The notes under the pieces: generated by a model | The model's database searches: none | What the model saw: the letters and a program-made list of their open reading frames with translations, nothing else | Told to the model about the DNA's origin: nothing | Made by a program: the position numbers and the translations under genes | Shown here: positions 28,337 to 44,900 of the stretch, in pieces | Layout of the letters: the number at the start of each line of letters is the position of its first letter | How positions within the stretch are numbered: position 1 is the stretch's first letter | Source: Auanema rhodensis | Taxonomy: Eukaryota > Animalia > Nematoda | NCBI GenBank assembly: GCA_964057225.1 | Contig: OZ059895.1 | Coordinates: forward strand, 23,870,001 to 23,934,000 | DNA length: 64,000 nt | Reading direction: 5' to 3'

Positions 28337-30096
28337 GATAAAGAGATGCGGTTTTCAAAATTAGATTCCTCATGTCCATATTAGTGTAAAAACAAATTTT
28401 TATTGATATTGGTGCATGGTAACCATGACTTTGAAATTTACGTGAACTTTAATTTATGCTAATTAAATGTACACGTGATGTGCACTTGGTATGTAACTCG
28501 CTTCACGTGAAAGATAAAGAGATGCGGTTTTCAAAATTAGATTCCCCATGTCCATATTAGTCAAAAAACAAATTTTTATTGATATTGGTTCATGGTAACC
28601 ATGACTTTGAAATTTACGTGAACTTTAATTTATGCTAATTAAATGTACACGTGATGTGCACTTGGTATGTAACTCGCTTCACGTGAAAGATAAAGAGATG
28701 CGGTTTTCAAAATTTGATTCCCCATGTCCATATTAGTCTAAAAACAAATTTTTATTGATATTGGTGCATGGTAACCATGACTTTGAAATTTACGTGAACT
28801 TTAATTTATGCTAATTAAATGTACACGTGATGTGCACTTGGTATGTAACTCGCTTCACGTGAAAGATAAAGAGATGCGGTTTTCAAAATTAGATTCCCCA
28901 TGTCCATATTAGTCAAAAAACAAATTTTTATTGATATTGGTTCATGGTAACAATGACTTTGAAATTTACGTGAACTTTAATTTATGCTAATTAAATGTAC
29001 ACGTGATGTGCACTTGATATGTAACTCGCTTCACGTGAAAGATAAAGAGATGCGGTTTTCAAAATTAGATTCCCCATGTCCATATTAGTCAAAAAACAAA
29101 TTTTTATTGATATTGGTTCATGGTAACCATGACTTTGAAATTTACGTGAACTTTAATTTATGCTAATTAAATGTACACGTGATGTGCACTTGGTATGTAA
29201 CTCGCTTCACGTGAAAGATAAAGAGATGCGGTTTTCAAAATTAGATTCCCCATGTCCATATTAGTCAAAAAACAAATTTTTATTGATATTGGTTCATGGT
29301 AACCATGACTTTGAAATTTACGTGAACTTTAATTTATGCTAATTAAATGTACACGTGATGTGCACTTGGTAAGTAACTCGCTTCACGTGAAAGATAAAGA
29401 GATGCGGTTTTCAAAATTAGATTCCTCATGTCCATATTAGTGTAAAAACAAATTTTTATTGATATTGGTGCATGGTAACCATGACTTTGAAATTTACGTG
29501 AACTTTAATTTATGCTAATTAAATGTACACGTGATGTGCACTTGGTATGTAACTCGCTTCACGTGAAAGATAAAGAGATGCGGTTTTCAAAATTAGATTC
29601 CCCATGTCCATATTAGTCAAAAAACAAATTTTTATTGATATTGGTTCATGGTAACCATGACTTTGAAATTTACGTGAACTTTAATTTATGCTAATTAAAT
29701 GTACACGTGATGTGCACTTGGTATGTAACTCGCTTCACGTGAAAGATAAAGAGATGCGGTTTTCAAAATTTGATTCCCCATGTCCATATTAGTCTAAAAA
29801 CAAATTTTTATTGATATTGGTGCATGGTAACCATGACTTTGAAATTTACGTGAACTTTAATTTATGCTAATTAAATGTACACGTGATGTGCACTTGGTAT
29901 GTAACTCGCTTCACGTGAAAGATAAAGAGATGCGGTTTTCAAAATTAGATTCCCCATGTCCATATTAGTCAAAAAACAAATTTTTATTGATATTGGTTCA
30001 TGGTAATAATGACTTTGAAATTTACGTGAACTTTAATTTATGCTAATTAAATGTACACGTGATGTGCACTTGATATGTAACTCGCTTCACGTGAAA
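28337..30096 (+). repeat. 6-monomer (1056-bp) tandem duplication
   Basis: C50G at 28386/29442, C88A at 28952/30008 and G153A at 29017/30073. Confidence 0.82.
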
Positions 30097-32912
30097 GATA
30101 AAGAGATGCGGTTTTCAAAATTTGATTCCCCATGTCCATATTAGTCTAAAAACAAATTTTTATTGATATTGGTGCATGGTAACCATGACTTTGAAATTTA
30201 CGTGAACTTTAATTTATGCTAATTAAATGTACACGTGATGTGCACTTGGTATGTAACTCGCTTCACGTGAAAGATAAAGAGATGCGGTTTTCAAAATTAG
30301 ATTCCTCATGTCCATATTAGTCTAAAAACAAATTTTTATTGATATTGGTTCATGGTAACCATGACTTTGAAATTTACGTGAACTTTAATTTATGCTAATT
30401 AAATGTACACGTGATGTGCACTTGGTATGTAACTCGCTTCACGTGAAAGATAAAGAGATGCGGTTTTCAAAATTAGATTCCCCATGTCCATATTAGTCAA
30501 AAAACAAATTTTTATTGATATTGGTTCATGGTAACCATGACTTTGAAATTTACGTGAACTTTAATTTATGCTAATTAAATGTACACGTGATGTGCACTTG
30601 GTATGTAACTCGCTTCACGTGAAAGATAAAGAGATGCGGTTTTCAAAATTAGATTCCCCATGTCCATATTAGTCAAAAAACAAATTTTTATTGATATTGG
30701 TTCATGGTAACCATGACTTTGAAATTTACGTGAACTTTAATTTATGCTAATTAAATGTACACGTGATGTGCACTTGGTATGTAACTCGCTTCACGTGAAA
30801 GATAAAGAGATGCGGTTTTCAAAATTTGATTCCCCATGTCCATATTAGTCTAAAAACAAATTTTTATTGATATTGGTGCATGGTAACCATGACTTTGAGA
30901 TTTACGTGAACTTTAATTTATGCTAATTAAATGTACACGTGATGTGCACTTGGTATGTAACTCGCTTCACGTGAAAGATAAAGAGATGCGGTTTTCAAAA
31001 TTAGATTCCCCATGTCCATATTAGTCAAAAAACAAATTTTTATTGATATTGGTTCATGGTAACCATGACTTTGAAATTTACGTGAACTTTAATTTATGCT
31101 AATTAAATGTACACGTGATGTGCACTTGGTATGTAACTCGCTTCACGTGAAAGATAAAGAGATGCGGTTTTCAAAATTTGATTCCCCATGTCCATATTAG
31201 TCTAAAAACAAATTTTTATTGATATTGGTGCATGGTAACCATGACTTTGAAATTTACGTGAACTTTAATTTATGCTAATTAAATGTACACGTGATGTGCA
31301 CTTGGTATGTAACTCGCTTCACGTGAAAGATAAAGAGATGCGGTTTTCAAAATTAGATTCCTCATGTCCATATTAGTCTAAAAACAAATTTTTATTGATA
31401 TTGGTGCATGGTAACCATGACTTTGAAATTTACGTGAACTTTAATTTATGCTAATTAAATGTACACGTGATGTGCACTTGGTATGTAACTCGCTTCACGT
31501 GAAAGATAAAGAGATGCGGTTTTCAAAGTTAGATTCCCCATGTCCATATTAGTCTAAAAACGAATTTTTATTGATATTGGTGCATGGTAACCACGACTTT
31601 GAAATTTACGTGAACTTTAATTTATGCTAATTAAATGTACACGTGATGTGCACTTGGTATGTAACTCGCTTCACGTGAAAGATAAAGAGATGCGGTTTTC
31701 AAAATTAGATTCCTCATGTCCATATTAGTCTAAAAACAAATTTTTATTGATATTGGTGCATGGTAACCATGACTTTGAAATTTACGTGAACTTTAATTTA
31801 TGCTAATTAAATGTACACGTGATGTGCACTTGGTATGTAACTCGCTTCACGTGAAAGATAAAGAGATGCGGTTTTCAAAATTAGATTCCTCATGTCCATA
31901 TTAGTCTAAAAACAAATTTTTATTGATATTGGTGCATGGTAACCATGACTTTGAATATTACGTGAACTTTAATTTATGCTAATTAAATGTACACGTGATG
32001 TGCACTTGGTATGTAACTCGCTTCACGTGAAAGATAAAGAGATGCGGTTTTCAAAATTAGATTCCTCATGTCCATATTAGTCTAAAAACAAATTTTTATT
32101 GATATTGGTGCATGGTAACCATGACTTTGAAATTTACGTGAACTTTAATTTATGCTAATTAAATGTACACGTGATGTGCACTTGGTATGTAACTCGCTTC
32201 ACGTGAAAGATAAAGAGATGCGGTTTTCAAAATTAGATTCCCCATGTCCATATTAGTCAAAAAACAAATTTTTATTGATATTGGTTCATGGTAACCATGA
32301 CTTTGAAATTTACGTGAACTTTAATTTATGCTAATTAAATGTACACGTGATGTGCACTTGGTATGTAACTCGCTTCACGTGAAAGATAAAGAGATGCGGT
32401 TTTCAAAATTTGATTCCCCATGTCCATATTAGTCTAAAAACAAATTTTTATTGATATTGGTGCATGGTAACCATGACTTTGAAATTTACGTGAACTTTAA
32501 TTTATGCTAATTAAATGTACACGTGATGTGCACTTGGTATGTAACTCGCTTCACGTGAAAGATAAAGAGATGCGGTTTTCAAAATTAGATTCCTCATGTC
32601 CATATTAGTCTAAAAACAAATTTTTATTGATATTGGTTCATGGTAACCATGACTTTGAAATTTACGTGAACTTTAATTTATGCTAATTAAATGTACACGT
32701 GATGTGCACTTGGTATGTAACTCGCTTCACGTGAAAGATAAAGAGATGCGGTTTTCAAAATTAGATTCCCCATGTCCATATTAGTCAAAAAACAAATTTT
32801 TATTGATATTGGTTCATGGTAACCATGACTTTGAAATTTACGTGAACTTTAATTTATGCTAATTAAATGTACACGTGATGTGCACTTGGTATGTAACTCG
32901 CTTCACGTGAAA

Positions 32913-35900
32913 GATAAAGAGATGCGGTTTTCAAAATTTGATTCCCCATGTCCATATTAGTCTAAAAACAAATTTTTATTGATATTGGTGCATGGTAACC
33001 ATGACTTTGAAATTTACGTGAACTTTAATTTATGCTAATTAAATGTACACGTGATGTGCACTTGGTATAAAACTCGCTTCACGTGAAAGATAAAGAGATG
33101 CGGTTTTCAAAATTAGATTCCTCATGTCCATATTAGTCTAAAAACAAATTTTTATTGATATTGGTTCATGGTAACCATGACTTTGAAATTTACGTGAACT
33201 TTAATTTATGCTAATTAAATGTACACGTGATGTGCACTTGGTATGTAACTCGCTTCACGTGAAAGATAAAGAGATGCGGTTTTCAAAATTTGATTCCCCA
33301 TGTCCATATTAGTCTAAGAACAAATTTTTATTGATATTGGTGCATGGTAACCATGACTTTGAAATTTACGTGAACTTTAATTTATGCTAATTAAATGTAC
33401 ACGTGATGTGCACTTGGTATGTAACTCGCTTCACGTGAAAGATAAAGAGATGCGGTTTTCAAAATTAGATTCCCCATGTCCATATTAGTCTAAAAACAAA
33501 TTTTTATTGATATTGGTGCATGGTAACCATGACTTTGAAATTTACGTGAACTTTAATTTATGCTAATTAAATGTACACGTGATGTGCACTTGGTATGTAA
33601 CTCGCTTCACGTGAAAGATAAAGAGATGCGGTTTTCAAAATTAGATTCCTCATGTCCATATTAGTCTAAAAACAAATTTTTATTGATATTGGTGCATGGT
33701 AACCATGACTTTGATATTTACGTGAACTTTAATTTATGCTAATTAAATGTACACGTGATATGCACTTGGTATGTAACTCGCTTCACGTGAAAGATAAAGA
33801 GATGCGGTTTTCAAAGTTAGGTTCCCCATGTCCATATTAGTCTAAAAACGAATTTTTATTGATATTGGTGCATGGTAACCACGACTTTGAAATTTACGTG
33901 AACTTTAATTTATGCTAATTAAATGTACACGTGATGTGCACTTGGTATGTAACTCGCTTCACGTGAAAGATAAAGAGATGCGGTTTTCAAAATTAGATTC
34001 CCCATGTCCATATGAGTCTAAAAACAAATTTTAATTGATATTGGTGCATGGTAACCATGACTTTGAAATTTACGTGAACTTTAATTTATGCTAATTAAAT
34101 GTACACGTGATGTGCACTTGGTATGTAACTCGCTTCACGTGAAAGATAAAGAGATGCGGTTTTCAAAATTAGATTCCCCATGTCCATATTAGTCTAAAAA
34201 CGAATTTTTATTGATATTGGTGCATGGTAACCACGACTTTGAAATTTACGTGAACTTTAATTTATGCTAATTAAATGTACACGTGATGTGCACTTGGTAT
34301 GTAACTCGCTTCACGTGAAAGATAAAGAGATGCGGTTTTCAAAATTAGATTCCCCATGTCCATATTAGTCTAAAAACGAATTTTTATTGATATTGGTGCA
34401 TGGTAACCACGACTTTGAAATTTACGTGAACTTTAATTTATGCTAATTAAATGTACACGTGATGTGCACTTGGTATGTAACTCGCTTCACGTGAAAGATA
34501 AAGAGATGCGGTTTTCAAAATTAGATTCCTCATGTCCATATTAGTCTAAAAACAAATTTTTATTGATATTGGTGCATGGTAACCATGACTTTGAAATTTA
34601 CGTGAACTTTAATTTATGCTAATTAAATGTACACGTGATGTGCACTTGGTATGTAACTCGCTTCACGTGAAAGATAAAGAGATGCGGTTTTCAAAATTTG
34701 ATTCCTCATGTCCATATTAGTCTAAAAACAAATTTTTATTGATATTGGTGCATGGTAACCATGACTTTGAATATTACGTGAACTTTAATTTATGCTAATT
34801 AAATGTACACGTGATGTGCACTTGGTATGTAACTCGCTTCACGTGAAAGATAAAGAGATGCGGTTTTCAAAATTAGATTCCTCATGTCCATATTAGTCTA
34901 AAAACAAATTTTTATTGATATTGGTGCATGGTAACCATGACTTTGAAATTTACGTGAACTTTAATTTATGCTAATTAAATGTACACGTGATGTGCACTTG
35001 GTATGTAACTCGCTTCACGTGAAAGATAAAGAGATGCGGTTTTCAAAATTAGATTCCCCATGTCCATATTAGTCAAAAAACAAATTTTTATTGATATTGG
35101 TTCATGGTAACCATGACTTTGAAATTTACGTGAACTTTAATTTATGCTAATTAAATGTACACGTGATGTGCACTTGGTATGTAACTCGCTTCACGTGAAA
35201 GATAAAGAGATGCGGTTTTCAAAATTTGATTCCCCATGTCCATATTAGTCTAAAAACAAATTTTTATTGATATTGGTGCATGGTAACCATGACTTTGAAA
35301 TTTACGTGAACTTTAATTTATGCTAATTAAATGTACACGTGATGTGCACTTGGTATGTAACTCGCTTCACGTGAAAGATAAAGAGATGCGGTTTTCAAAA
35401 TTAGATTCCTCATGTCCATATTAGTCTAAAAACAAATTTTTATTGATATTGGTTCATGGTAACCATGACTTTGAAATTTACGTGAACTTTAATTTATGCT
35501 AATTAAATGTACACGTGATGTGCACTTGGTATGTAACTCGCTTCACGTGAAAGATAAAGAGATGCGGTTTTCAAAATTAGATTCCCCATGTCCATATTAG
35601 TCAAAAAACAAATTTTTATTGATATTGGTTCATGGTAACCATGACTTTGAAATTTACGTGAACTTTAATTTATGCTAATTAAATGTACACGTGATGTGCA
35701 CTTGGTATGTAACTCGCTTCACGTGAAAGATAAAGAGATGCGGTTTTCAAAATTTGATTCCCCATGTCCATATTAGTCTAAAAACAAATTTTTATTGATA
35801 TTGGTGCATGGTAACCATGACTTTGAAATTTACGTGAACTTTAATTTATGCTAATTAAATGTACACGTGATGTGCACTTGGTATAAAACTCGCTTCACGT

Positions 35901-38900
35901 GAAAGATAAAGAGATGCGGTTTTCAAAATTAGATTCCTCATGTCCATATTAGTCTAAAAACAAATTTTTATTGATATTGGTTCATGGTAACCATGACTTT
36001 GAAATTTACGTGAACTTTAATTTATGCTAATTAAATGTACACGTGATGTGCACTTGGTATGTAACTCGCTTCACGTGAAAGATAAAGAGATGCGGTTTTC
36101 AAAATTTGATTCCCCATGTCCATATTAGTCTAAAAACAAATTTTTATTGATATTGGTGCATGGTAACCATGACTTTGAAATTTACGTGAACTTTAATTTA
36201 TGCTAATTAAATGTACACGTGATGTGCACTTGGTATGTAACTCGCTTCACGTGAAAGATAAAGAGATGCGGTTTTCAAAATTAGATTCCCCATGTCCATA
36301 TTAGTCTAAAAACAAATTTTTATTGATATTGGTGCATGGTAACCATGACTTTGAAATTTACGTGAACTTTAATTTATGCTAATTAAATGTACACGTGATG
36401 TGCACTTGGTATGTAACTCGCTTCACGTGAAAGATAAAGAGATGCGGTTTTCAAAATTAGATTCCTCATGTCCATATTAGTCTAAAAACAAATTTTTATT
36501 GATATTGGTGCATGGTAACCATGACTTTGATATTTACGTGAACTTTAATTTATGCTAATTAAATGTACACGTGATATGCACTTGGTATGTAACTCGCTTC
36601 ACGTGAAAGATAAAGAGATGCGGTTTTCAAAGTTAGGTTCCCCATGTCCATATTAGTCTAAAAACGAATTTTTATTGATATTGGTGCATGGTAACCACGA
36701 CTTTGAAATTTACGTGAACTTTAATTTATGCTAATTAAATGTACACGTGATGTGCACTTGGTATGTAACTCGCTTCACGTGAAAGATAAAGAGATGCGGT
36801 TTTCAAAATTAGATTCCCCATGTCCATATGAGTCTAAAAACAAATTTTAATTGATATTGGTGCATGGTAACCATGACTTTGAAATTTACGTGAACTTTAA
36901 TTTATGCTAATTAAATGTACACGTGATGTGCACTTGGTATGTAACTCGCTTCACGTGAAAGATAAAGAGATGCGGTTTTCAAAATTAGATTCCCCATGTC
37001 CATATTAGTCTAAAAACGAATTTTTATTGATATTGGTGCATGGTAACCACGACTTTGAAATTTACGTGAACTTTAATTTATGCTAATTAAATGTACACGT
37101 GATGTGCACTTGGTATGTAACTCGCTTCACGTGAAAGATAAAGAGATGCGGTTTTCAAAATTAGATTCCTCATGTCCATATTAGTCTAAAAACAAATTTT
37201 TATTGATATTGGTGCATGGTAACCATGACTTTGAAATTTACGTGAACTTTAATTTATGCTAATTAAATGTACACGTGATGTGCACTTGGTATGTAACTCG
37301 CTTCACGTGAAAGATAAAGAGATGCGGTTTTCAAAATTAGATTCCTCATGTCCATATTAGTCTAAAAACAAATTTTTATTGATATTGGTGCATGGTAACC
37401 ATGACTTTGAAATTTACGTGAACTTTAATTTATGCTAATTAAATGTACACGTGATGTGCACTTGGTATGTAACTCGCTTCACGTGAAAGATAAAGAGATG
37501 CGGTTTTCAAAATTAGATTCCTCATGTCCATATTAGTCTAAAAACAAATTTTTATTGATATTGGTGCATGGTAACCATGACTTTGAGATTTACGTGAACT
37601 TTAATTTATGCTAATTAAATGTACACGTGATGTGCACTTGGTATGTAACTCGCTTCACGTGAAAGATAAAGAGATGCGGTTTTCAAAATTAGATTCCCCA
37701 TGTCCATATTAGTCAAAAAACAAATTTTTATTGATATTGGTTCATGGTAACCATGACTTTGAAATTTACGTGAACTTTAATTTATGCTAATTAAATGTAC
37801 ACGTGATGTGCACTTGGTATGTAACTCGCTTCACGTGAAAGATAAAGAGATGCGGTTTTCAAAATTTGATTCCCCATGTCCATATTAGTCTAAAAACAAA
37901 TTTTTATTGATATTGGTGCATGGTAACCATGACTTTGAAATTTACGTGAACTTTAATTTATGCTAATTAAATGTACACGTGATGTGCACTTGGTATGTAA
38001 CTCGCTTCACGTGAAAGATAAAGAGATGCGGTTTTCAAAATTAGATTCCTCATGTCCATATTAGTCTAAAAACAAATTTTTATTGATATTGGTGCATGGT
38101 AACCATGACTTTGAAATTTACGTGAACTTTAATTTATGCTAATTAAATGTACACGTGATGTGCACTTGGTATGTAACTCGCTTCACGTGAAAGATAAAGA
38201 GATGCGGTTTTCAAAGTTAGATTCCCCATGTCCATATTAGTCTAAAAACGAATTTTTATTGATATTGGTGCATGGTAACCACGACTTTGAAATTTACGTG
38301 AACTTTAATTTATGCTAATTAAATGTACACGTGATGTGCACTTGGTATGTAACTCGCTTCACGTGAAAGATAAAGAGATGCGGTTTTCAAAATTAGATTC
38401 CTCATGTCCATATTAGTCTAAAAACAAATTTTTATTGATATTGGTGCATGGTAACCATGACTTTGAAATTTACGTGAACTTTAATTTATGCTAATTAAAT
38501 GTACACGTGATGTGCACTTGGTATGTAACTCGCTTCACGTGAAAGATAAAGAGATGCGGTTTTCAAAATTAGATTCCTCATGTCCATATTAGTCTAAAAA
38601 CAAATTTTTATTGATATTGGTGCATGGTAACCATGACTTTGAAATTTACGTGAACTTTAATTTATGCTAATTAAATGTACACGTGATGTGCACTTGGTAT
38701 GTAACTCGCTTCACGTGAAAGATAAAGAGATGCGGTTTTCAAAATTAGATTCCCCATGTCCATATTAGTCAAAAAACAAATTTTTATTGATATTGGTTCA
38801 TGGTAACCATGACTTTGAAATTTACGTGAACTTTAATTTATGCTAATTAAATGTACACGTGATGTGCACTTGGTATGTAACTCGCTTCACGTGAAAGATA

Positions 38901-41900
38901 AAGAGATGCGGTTTTCAAAATTAGATTCCTCATGTCCATATTAGTCTAAAAACAAATTTTTATTGATATTGGTTCATGGTAACCATGACTTTGAAATTTA
39001 CGTGAACTTTAATTTATGCTAATTAAATGTACACGTGATGTGCACTTGGTATGTAACTCGCTTCACGTGAAAGATAAAGAGATGCGGTTTTCAAAATTTG
39101 ATTCCCCATGTCCATATTAGTCTAAAAACAAATTTTTATTGATATTGGTGCATGGTAACCATGACTTTGAGATTTACGTGAACTTTAATTTATGCTAATT
39201 AAATGTACACGTGATGTGCACTTGGTATGTAACTCGCTTCACGTGAAAGATAAAGAGATGCGGTTTTCAAAATTAGATTCCCCATGTCCATATTAGTCAA
39301 AAAACAAATTTTTATTGATATTGGTTCATGGTAACCATGACTTTGAAATTTACGTGAACTTTAATTTATGCTAATTAAATGTACACGTGATGTGCACTTG
39401 GTATGTAACTCGCTTCACGTGAAAGATAAAGAGATGCGGTTTTCAAAATTTGATTCCCCATGTCCATATTAGTCTAAAAACAAATTTTTATTGATATTGG
39501 TGCATGGTAACCATGACTTTGAAATTTACGTGAACTTTAATTTATGCTAATTAAATGTACACGTGATGTGCACTTGGTATGTAACTCGCTTCACGTGAAA
39601 GATAAAGAGATGCGGTTTTCAAAATTAGATTCCTCATGTCCATATTAGTCTAAAAACAAATTTTTATTGATATTGGTGCATGGTAACCATGACTTTGAAA
39701 TTTACGTGAACTTTAATTTATGCTAATTAAATGTACACGTGATGTGCACTTGGTATGTAACTCGCTTCACGTGAAAGATAAAGAGATGCGGTTTTCAAAG
39801 TTAGATTCCCCATGTCCATATTAGTCTAAAAACGAATTTTTATTGATATTGGTGCATGGTAACCACGACTTTGAAATTTACGTGAACTTTAATTTATGCT
39901 AATTAAATGTACACGTGATGTGCACTTGGTATGTAACTCGCTTCACGTGAAAGATAAAGAGATGCGGTTTTCAAAATTAGATTCCTCATGTCCATATTAG
40001 TCTAAAAACAAATTTTTATTGATATTGGTGCATGGTAACCATGACTTTGAAATTTACGTGAACTTTAATTTATGCTAATTAAATGTACACGTGATGTGCA
40101 CTTGGTATGTAACTCGCTTCACGTGAAAGATAAAGAGATGCGGTTTTCAAAATTAGATTCCTCATGTCCATATTAGTCTAAAAACAAATTTTTATTGATA
40201 TTGGTGCATGGTAACCATGACTTTGAATATTACGTGAACTTTAATTTATGCTAATTAAATGTACACGTGATGTGCACTTGGTATGTAACTCGCTTCACGT
40301 GAAAGATAAAGAGATGCGGTTTTCAAAATTAGATTCCTCATGTCCATATTAGTCTAAAAACAAATTTTTATTGATATTGGTGCATGGTAACCATGACTTT
40401 GAAATTTACGTGAACTTTAATTTATGCTAATTAAATGTACACGTGATGTGCACTTGGTATGTAACTCGCTTCACGTGAAAGATAAAGAGATGCGGTTTTC
40501 AAAATTAGATTCCCCATGTCCATATTAGTCAAAAAACAAATTTTTATTGATATTGGTTCATGGTAACCATGACTTTGAAATTTACGTGAACTTTAATTTA
40601 TGCTAATTAAATGTACACGTGATGTGCACTTGGTATGTAACTCGCTTCACGTGAAAGATAAAGAGATGCGGTTTTCAAAATTTGATTCCCCATGTCCATA
40701 TTAGTCTAAAAACAAATTTTTATTGATATTGGTGCATGGTAACCATGACTTTGAAATTTACGTGAACTTTAATTTATGCTAATTAAATGTACACGTGATG
40801 TGCACTTGGTATGTAACTCGCTTCACGTGAAAGATAAAGAGATGCGGTTTTCAAAATTAGATTCCTCATGTCCATATTAGTCTAAAAACAAATTTTTATT
40901 GATATTGGTTCATGGTAACCATGACTTTGAAATTTACGTGAACTTTAATTTATGCTAATTAAATGTACACGTGATGTGCACTTGGTATGTAACTCGCTTC
41001 ACGTGAAAGATAAAGAGATGCGGTTTTCAAAATTTGATTCCCCATGTCCATATTAGTCTAAAAACAAATTTTTATTGATATTGGTGCATGGTAACCATGA
41101 CTTTGAAATTTACGTGAACTTTAATTTATGCTAATTAAATGTACACGTGATGTGCACTTGGTATAAAACTCGCTTCACGTGAAAGATAAAGAGATGCGGT
41201 TTTCAAAATTAGATTCCTCATGTCCATATTAGTCTAAAAACAAATTTTTATTGATATTGGTTCATGGTAACCATGACTTTGAAATTTACGTGAACTTTAA
41301 TTTATGCTAATTAAATGTACACGTGATGTGCACTTGGTATGTAACTCGCTTCACGTGAAAGATAAAGAGATGCGGTTTTCAAAATTTGATTCCCCATGTC
41401 CATATTAGTCTAAAAACAAATTTTTATTGATATTGGTGCATGGTAACCATGACTTTGAAATTTACGTGAACTTTAATTTATGCTAATTAAATGTACACGT
41501 GATGTGCACTTGGTATGTAACTCGCTTCACGTGAAAGATAAAGAGATGCGGTTTTCAAAATTAGATTCCCCATGTCCATATTAGTCTAAAAACAAATTTT
41601 TATTGATATTGGTGCATGGTAACCATGACTTTGAAATTTACGTGAACTTTAATTTATGCTAATTAAATGTACACGTGATGTGCACTTGGTATGTAACTCG
41701 CTTCACGTGAAAGATAAAGAGATGCGGTTTTCAAAATTAGATTCCTCATGTCCATATTAGTCTAAAAACAAATTTTTATTGATATTGGTGCATGGTAACC
41801 ATGACTTTGATATTTACGTGAACTTTAATTTATGCTAATTAAATGTACACGTGATATGCACTTGGTATGTAACTCGCTTCACGTGAAAGATAAAGAGATG

Positions 41901-44900
41901 CGGTTTTCAAAGTTAGGTTCCCCATGTCCATATTAGTCTAAAAACGAATTTTTATTGATATTGGTGCATGGTAACCACGACTTTGAAATTTACGTGAACT
42001 TTAATTTATGCTAATTAAATGTACACGTGATGTGCACTTGGTATGTAACTCGCTTCACGTGAAAGATAAAGAGATGCGGTTTTCAAAATTAGATTCCCCA
42101 TGTCCATATGAGTCTAAAAACAAATTTTAATTGATATTGGTGCATGGTAACCATGACTTTGAAATTTACGTGAACTTTAATTTATGCTAATTAAATGTAC
42201 ACGTGATGTGCACTTGGTATGTAACTCGCTTCACGTGAAAGATAAAGAGATGCGGTTTTCAAAATTAGATTCCCCATGTCCATATTAGTCTAAAAACGAA
42301 TTTTTATTGATATTGGTGCATGGTAACCACGACTTTGAAATTTACGTGAACTTTAATTTATGCTAATTAAATGTACACGTGATGTGCACTTGGTATGTAA
42401 CTCGCTTCACGTGAAAGATAAAGAGATGCGGTTTTCAAAATTAGATTCCCCATGTCCATATTAGTCTAAAAACGAATTTTTATTGATATTGGTGCATGGT
42501 AACCACGACTTTGAAATTTACGTGAACTTTAATTTATGCTAATTAAATGTACACGTGATGTGCACTTGGTATGTAACTCGCTTCACGTGAAAGATAAAGA
42601 GATGCGGTTTTCAAAATTAGATTCCTCATGTCCATATTAGTCTAAAAACAAATTTTTATTGATATTGGTGCATGGTAACCATGACTTTGAAATTTACGTG
42701 AACTTTAATTTATGCTAATTAAATGTACACGTGATGTGCACTTGGTATGTAACTCGCTTCACGTGAAAGATAAAGAGATGCGGTTTTCAAAATTAGATTC
42801 CTCATGTCCATATTAGTCTAAAAACAAATTTTTATTGATATTGGTGCATGGTAACCATGACTTTGAATATTACGTGAACTTTAATTTATGCTAATTAAAT
42901 GTACACGTGATGTGCACTTGGTATGTAACTCGCTTCACGTGAAAGATAAAGAGATGCGGTTTTCAAAATTAGATTCCTCATGTCCATATTAGTCTAAAAA
43001 CAAATTTTTATTGATATTGGTGCATGGTAACCATGACTTTGAAATTTACGTGAACTTTAATTTATGCTAATTAAATGTACACGTGATGTGCACTTGGTAT
43101 GTAACTCGCTTCACGTGAAAGATAAAGAGATGCGGTTTTCAAAATTAGATTCCCCATGTCCATATTAGTCAAAAAACAAATTTTTATTGATATTGGTTCA
43201 TGGTAACCATGACTTTGAAATTTACGTGAACTTTAATTTATGCTAATTAAATGTACACGTGATGTGCACTTGGTATGTAACTCGCTTCACGTGAAAGATA
43301 AAGAGATGCGGTTTTCAAAATTTGATTCCCCATGTCCATATTAGTCTAAAAACAAATTTTTATTGATATTGGTGCATGGTAACCATGACTTTGAAATTTA
43401 CGTGAACTTTAATTTATGCTAATTAAATGTACACGTGATGTGCACTTGGTATGTAACTCGCTTCACGTGAAAGATAAAGAGATGCGGTTTTCAAAATTAG
43501 ATTCCTCATGTCCATATTAGTCTAAAAACAAATTTTTATTGATATTGGTTCATGGTAACCATGACTTTGAAATTTACGTGAACTTTAATTTATGCTAATT
43601 AAATGTACACGTGATGTGCACTTGGTATGTAACTCGCTTCACGTGAAAGATAAAGAGATGCGGTTTTCAAAATTAGATTCCCCATGTCCATATTAGTCAA
43701 AAAACAAATTTTTATTGATATTGGTTCATGGTAACCATGACTTTGAAATTTACGTGAACTTTAATTTATGCTAATTAAATGTACACGTGATGTGCACTTG
43801 GTATGTAACTCGCTTCACGTGAAAGATAAAGAGATGCGGTTTTCAAAATTTGATTCCCCATGTCCATATTAGTCTAAAAACAAATTTTTATTGATATTGG
43901 TGCATGGTAACCATGACTTTGAAATTTACGTGAACTTTAATTTATGCTAATTAAATGTACACGTGATGTGCACTTGGTATAAAACTCGCTTCACGTGAAA
44001 GATAAAGAGATGCGGTTTTCAAAATTAGATTCCTCATGTCCATATTAGTCTAAAAACAAATTTTTATTGATATTGGTTCATGGTAACCATGACTTTGAAA
44101 TTTACGTGAACTTTAATTTATGCTAATTAAATGTACACGTGATGTGCACTTGGTATGTAACTCGCTTCACGTGAAAGATAAAGAGATGCGGTTTTCAAAA
44201 TTTGATTCCCCATGTCCATATTAGTCTAAAAACAAATTTTTATTGATATTGGTGCATGGTAACCATGACTTTGAAATTTACGTGAACTTTAATTTATGCT
44301 AATTAAATGTACACGTGATGTGCACTTGGTATGTAACTCGCTTCACGTGAAAGATAAAGAGATGCGGTTTGCAAAATTAGATTCCCCATGTCCATATTAG
44401 TCTAAAAACAAATTTTTATTGATATTGGTGCATGGTAACCATGACTTTGAAATTTACGTGAACTTTAATTTATGCTAATTAAATGTACACGTGATGTGCA
44501 CTTGGTATGTAACTCGCTTCACGTGAAAGATAAAGAGATGCGGTTTTCAAAATTAGATTCCTCATGTCCATATTAGTCTAAAAACAAATTTTTATTGATA
44601 TTGGTGCATGGTAACTATGACTTTGATATTTACGTGAACTTTAATTTATGCTAATTAAATGTACACGTGATATGCACTTGGTATGTAACTCGCTTCACGT
44701 GAAAGATAAAGAGATGCGGTTTTCAAAGTTAGGTTCCCCATGTCCATATTAGTCTAAAAACGAATTTTTATTGATATTGGTGCATGGTAACCACGACTTT
44801 GAAATTTACGTGAACTTTAATTTATGCTAATTAAATGTACACGTGATGTGCACTTGGTATGTAACTCGCTTCACGTGAAAGATAAAGAGATGCGGTTTTC

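Noticed and set aside
33066-33072. TATAAAA (TATA-box-like) created by the G157A+T158A variant in seven monomers
   Set aside because: Such a motif arises easily in AT-rich DNA, and nothing else supports promoter function. It would need CAGE or nascent-RNA data.
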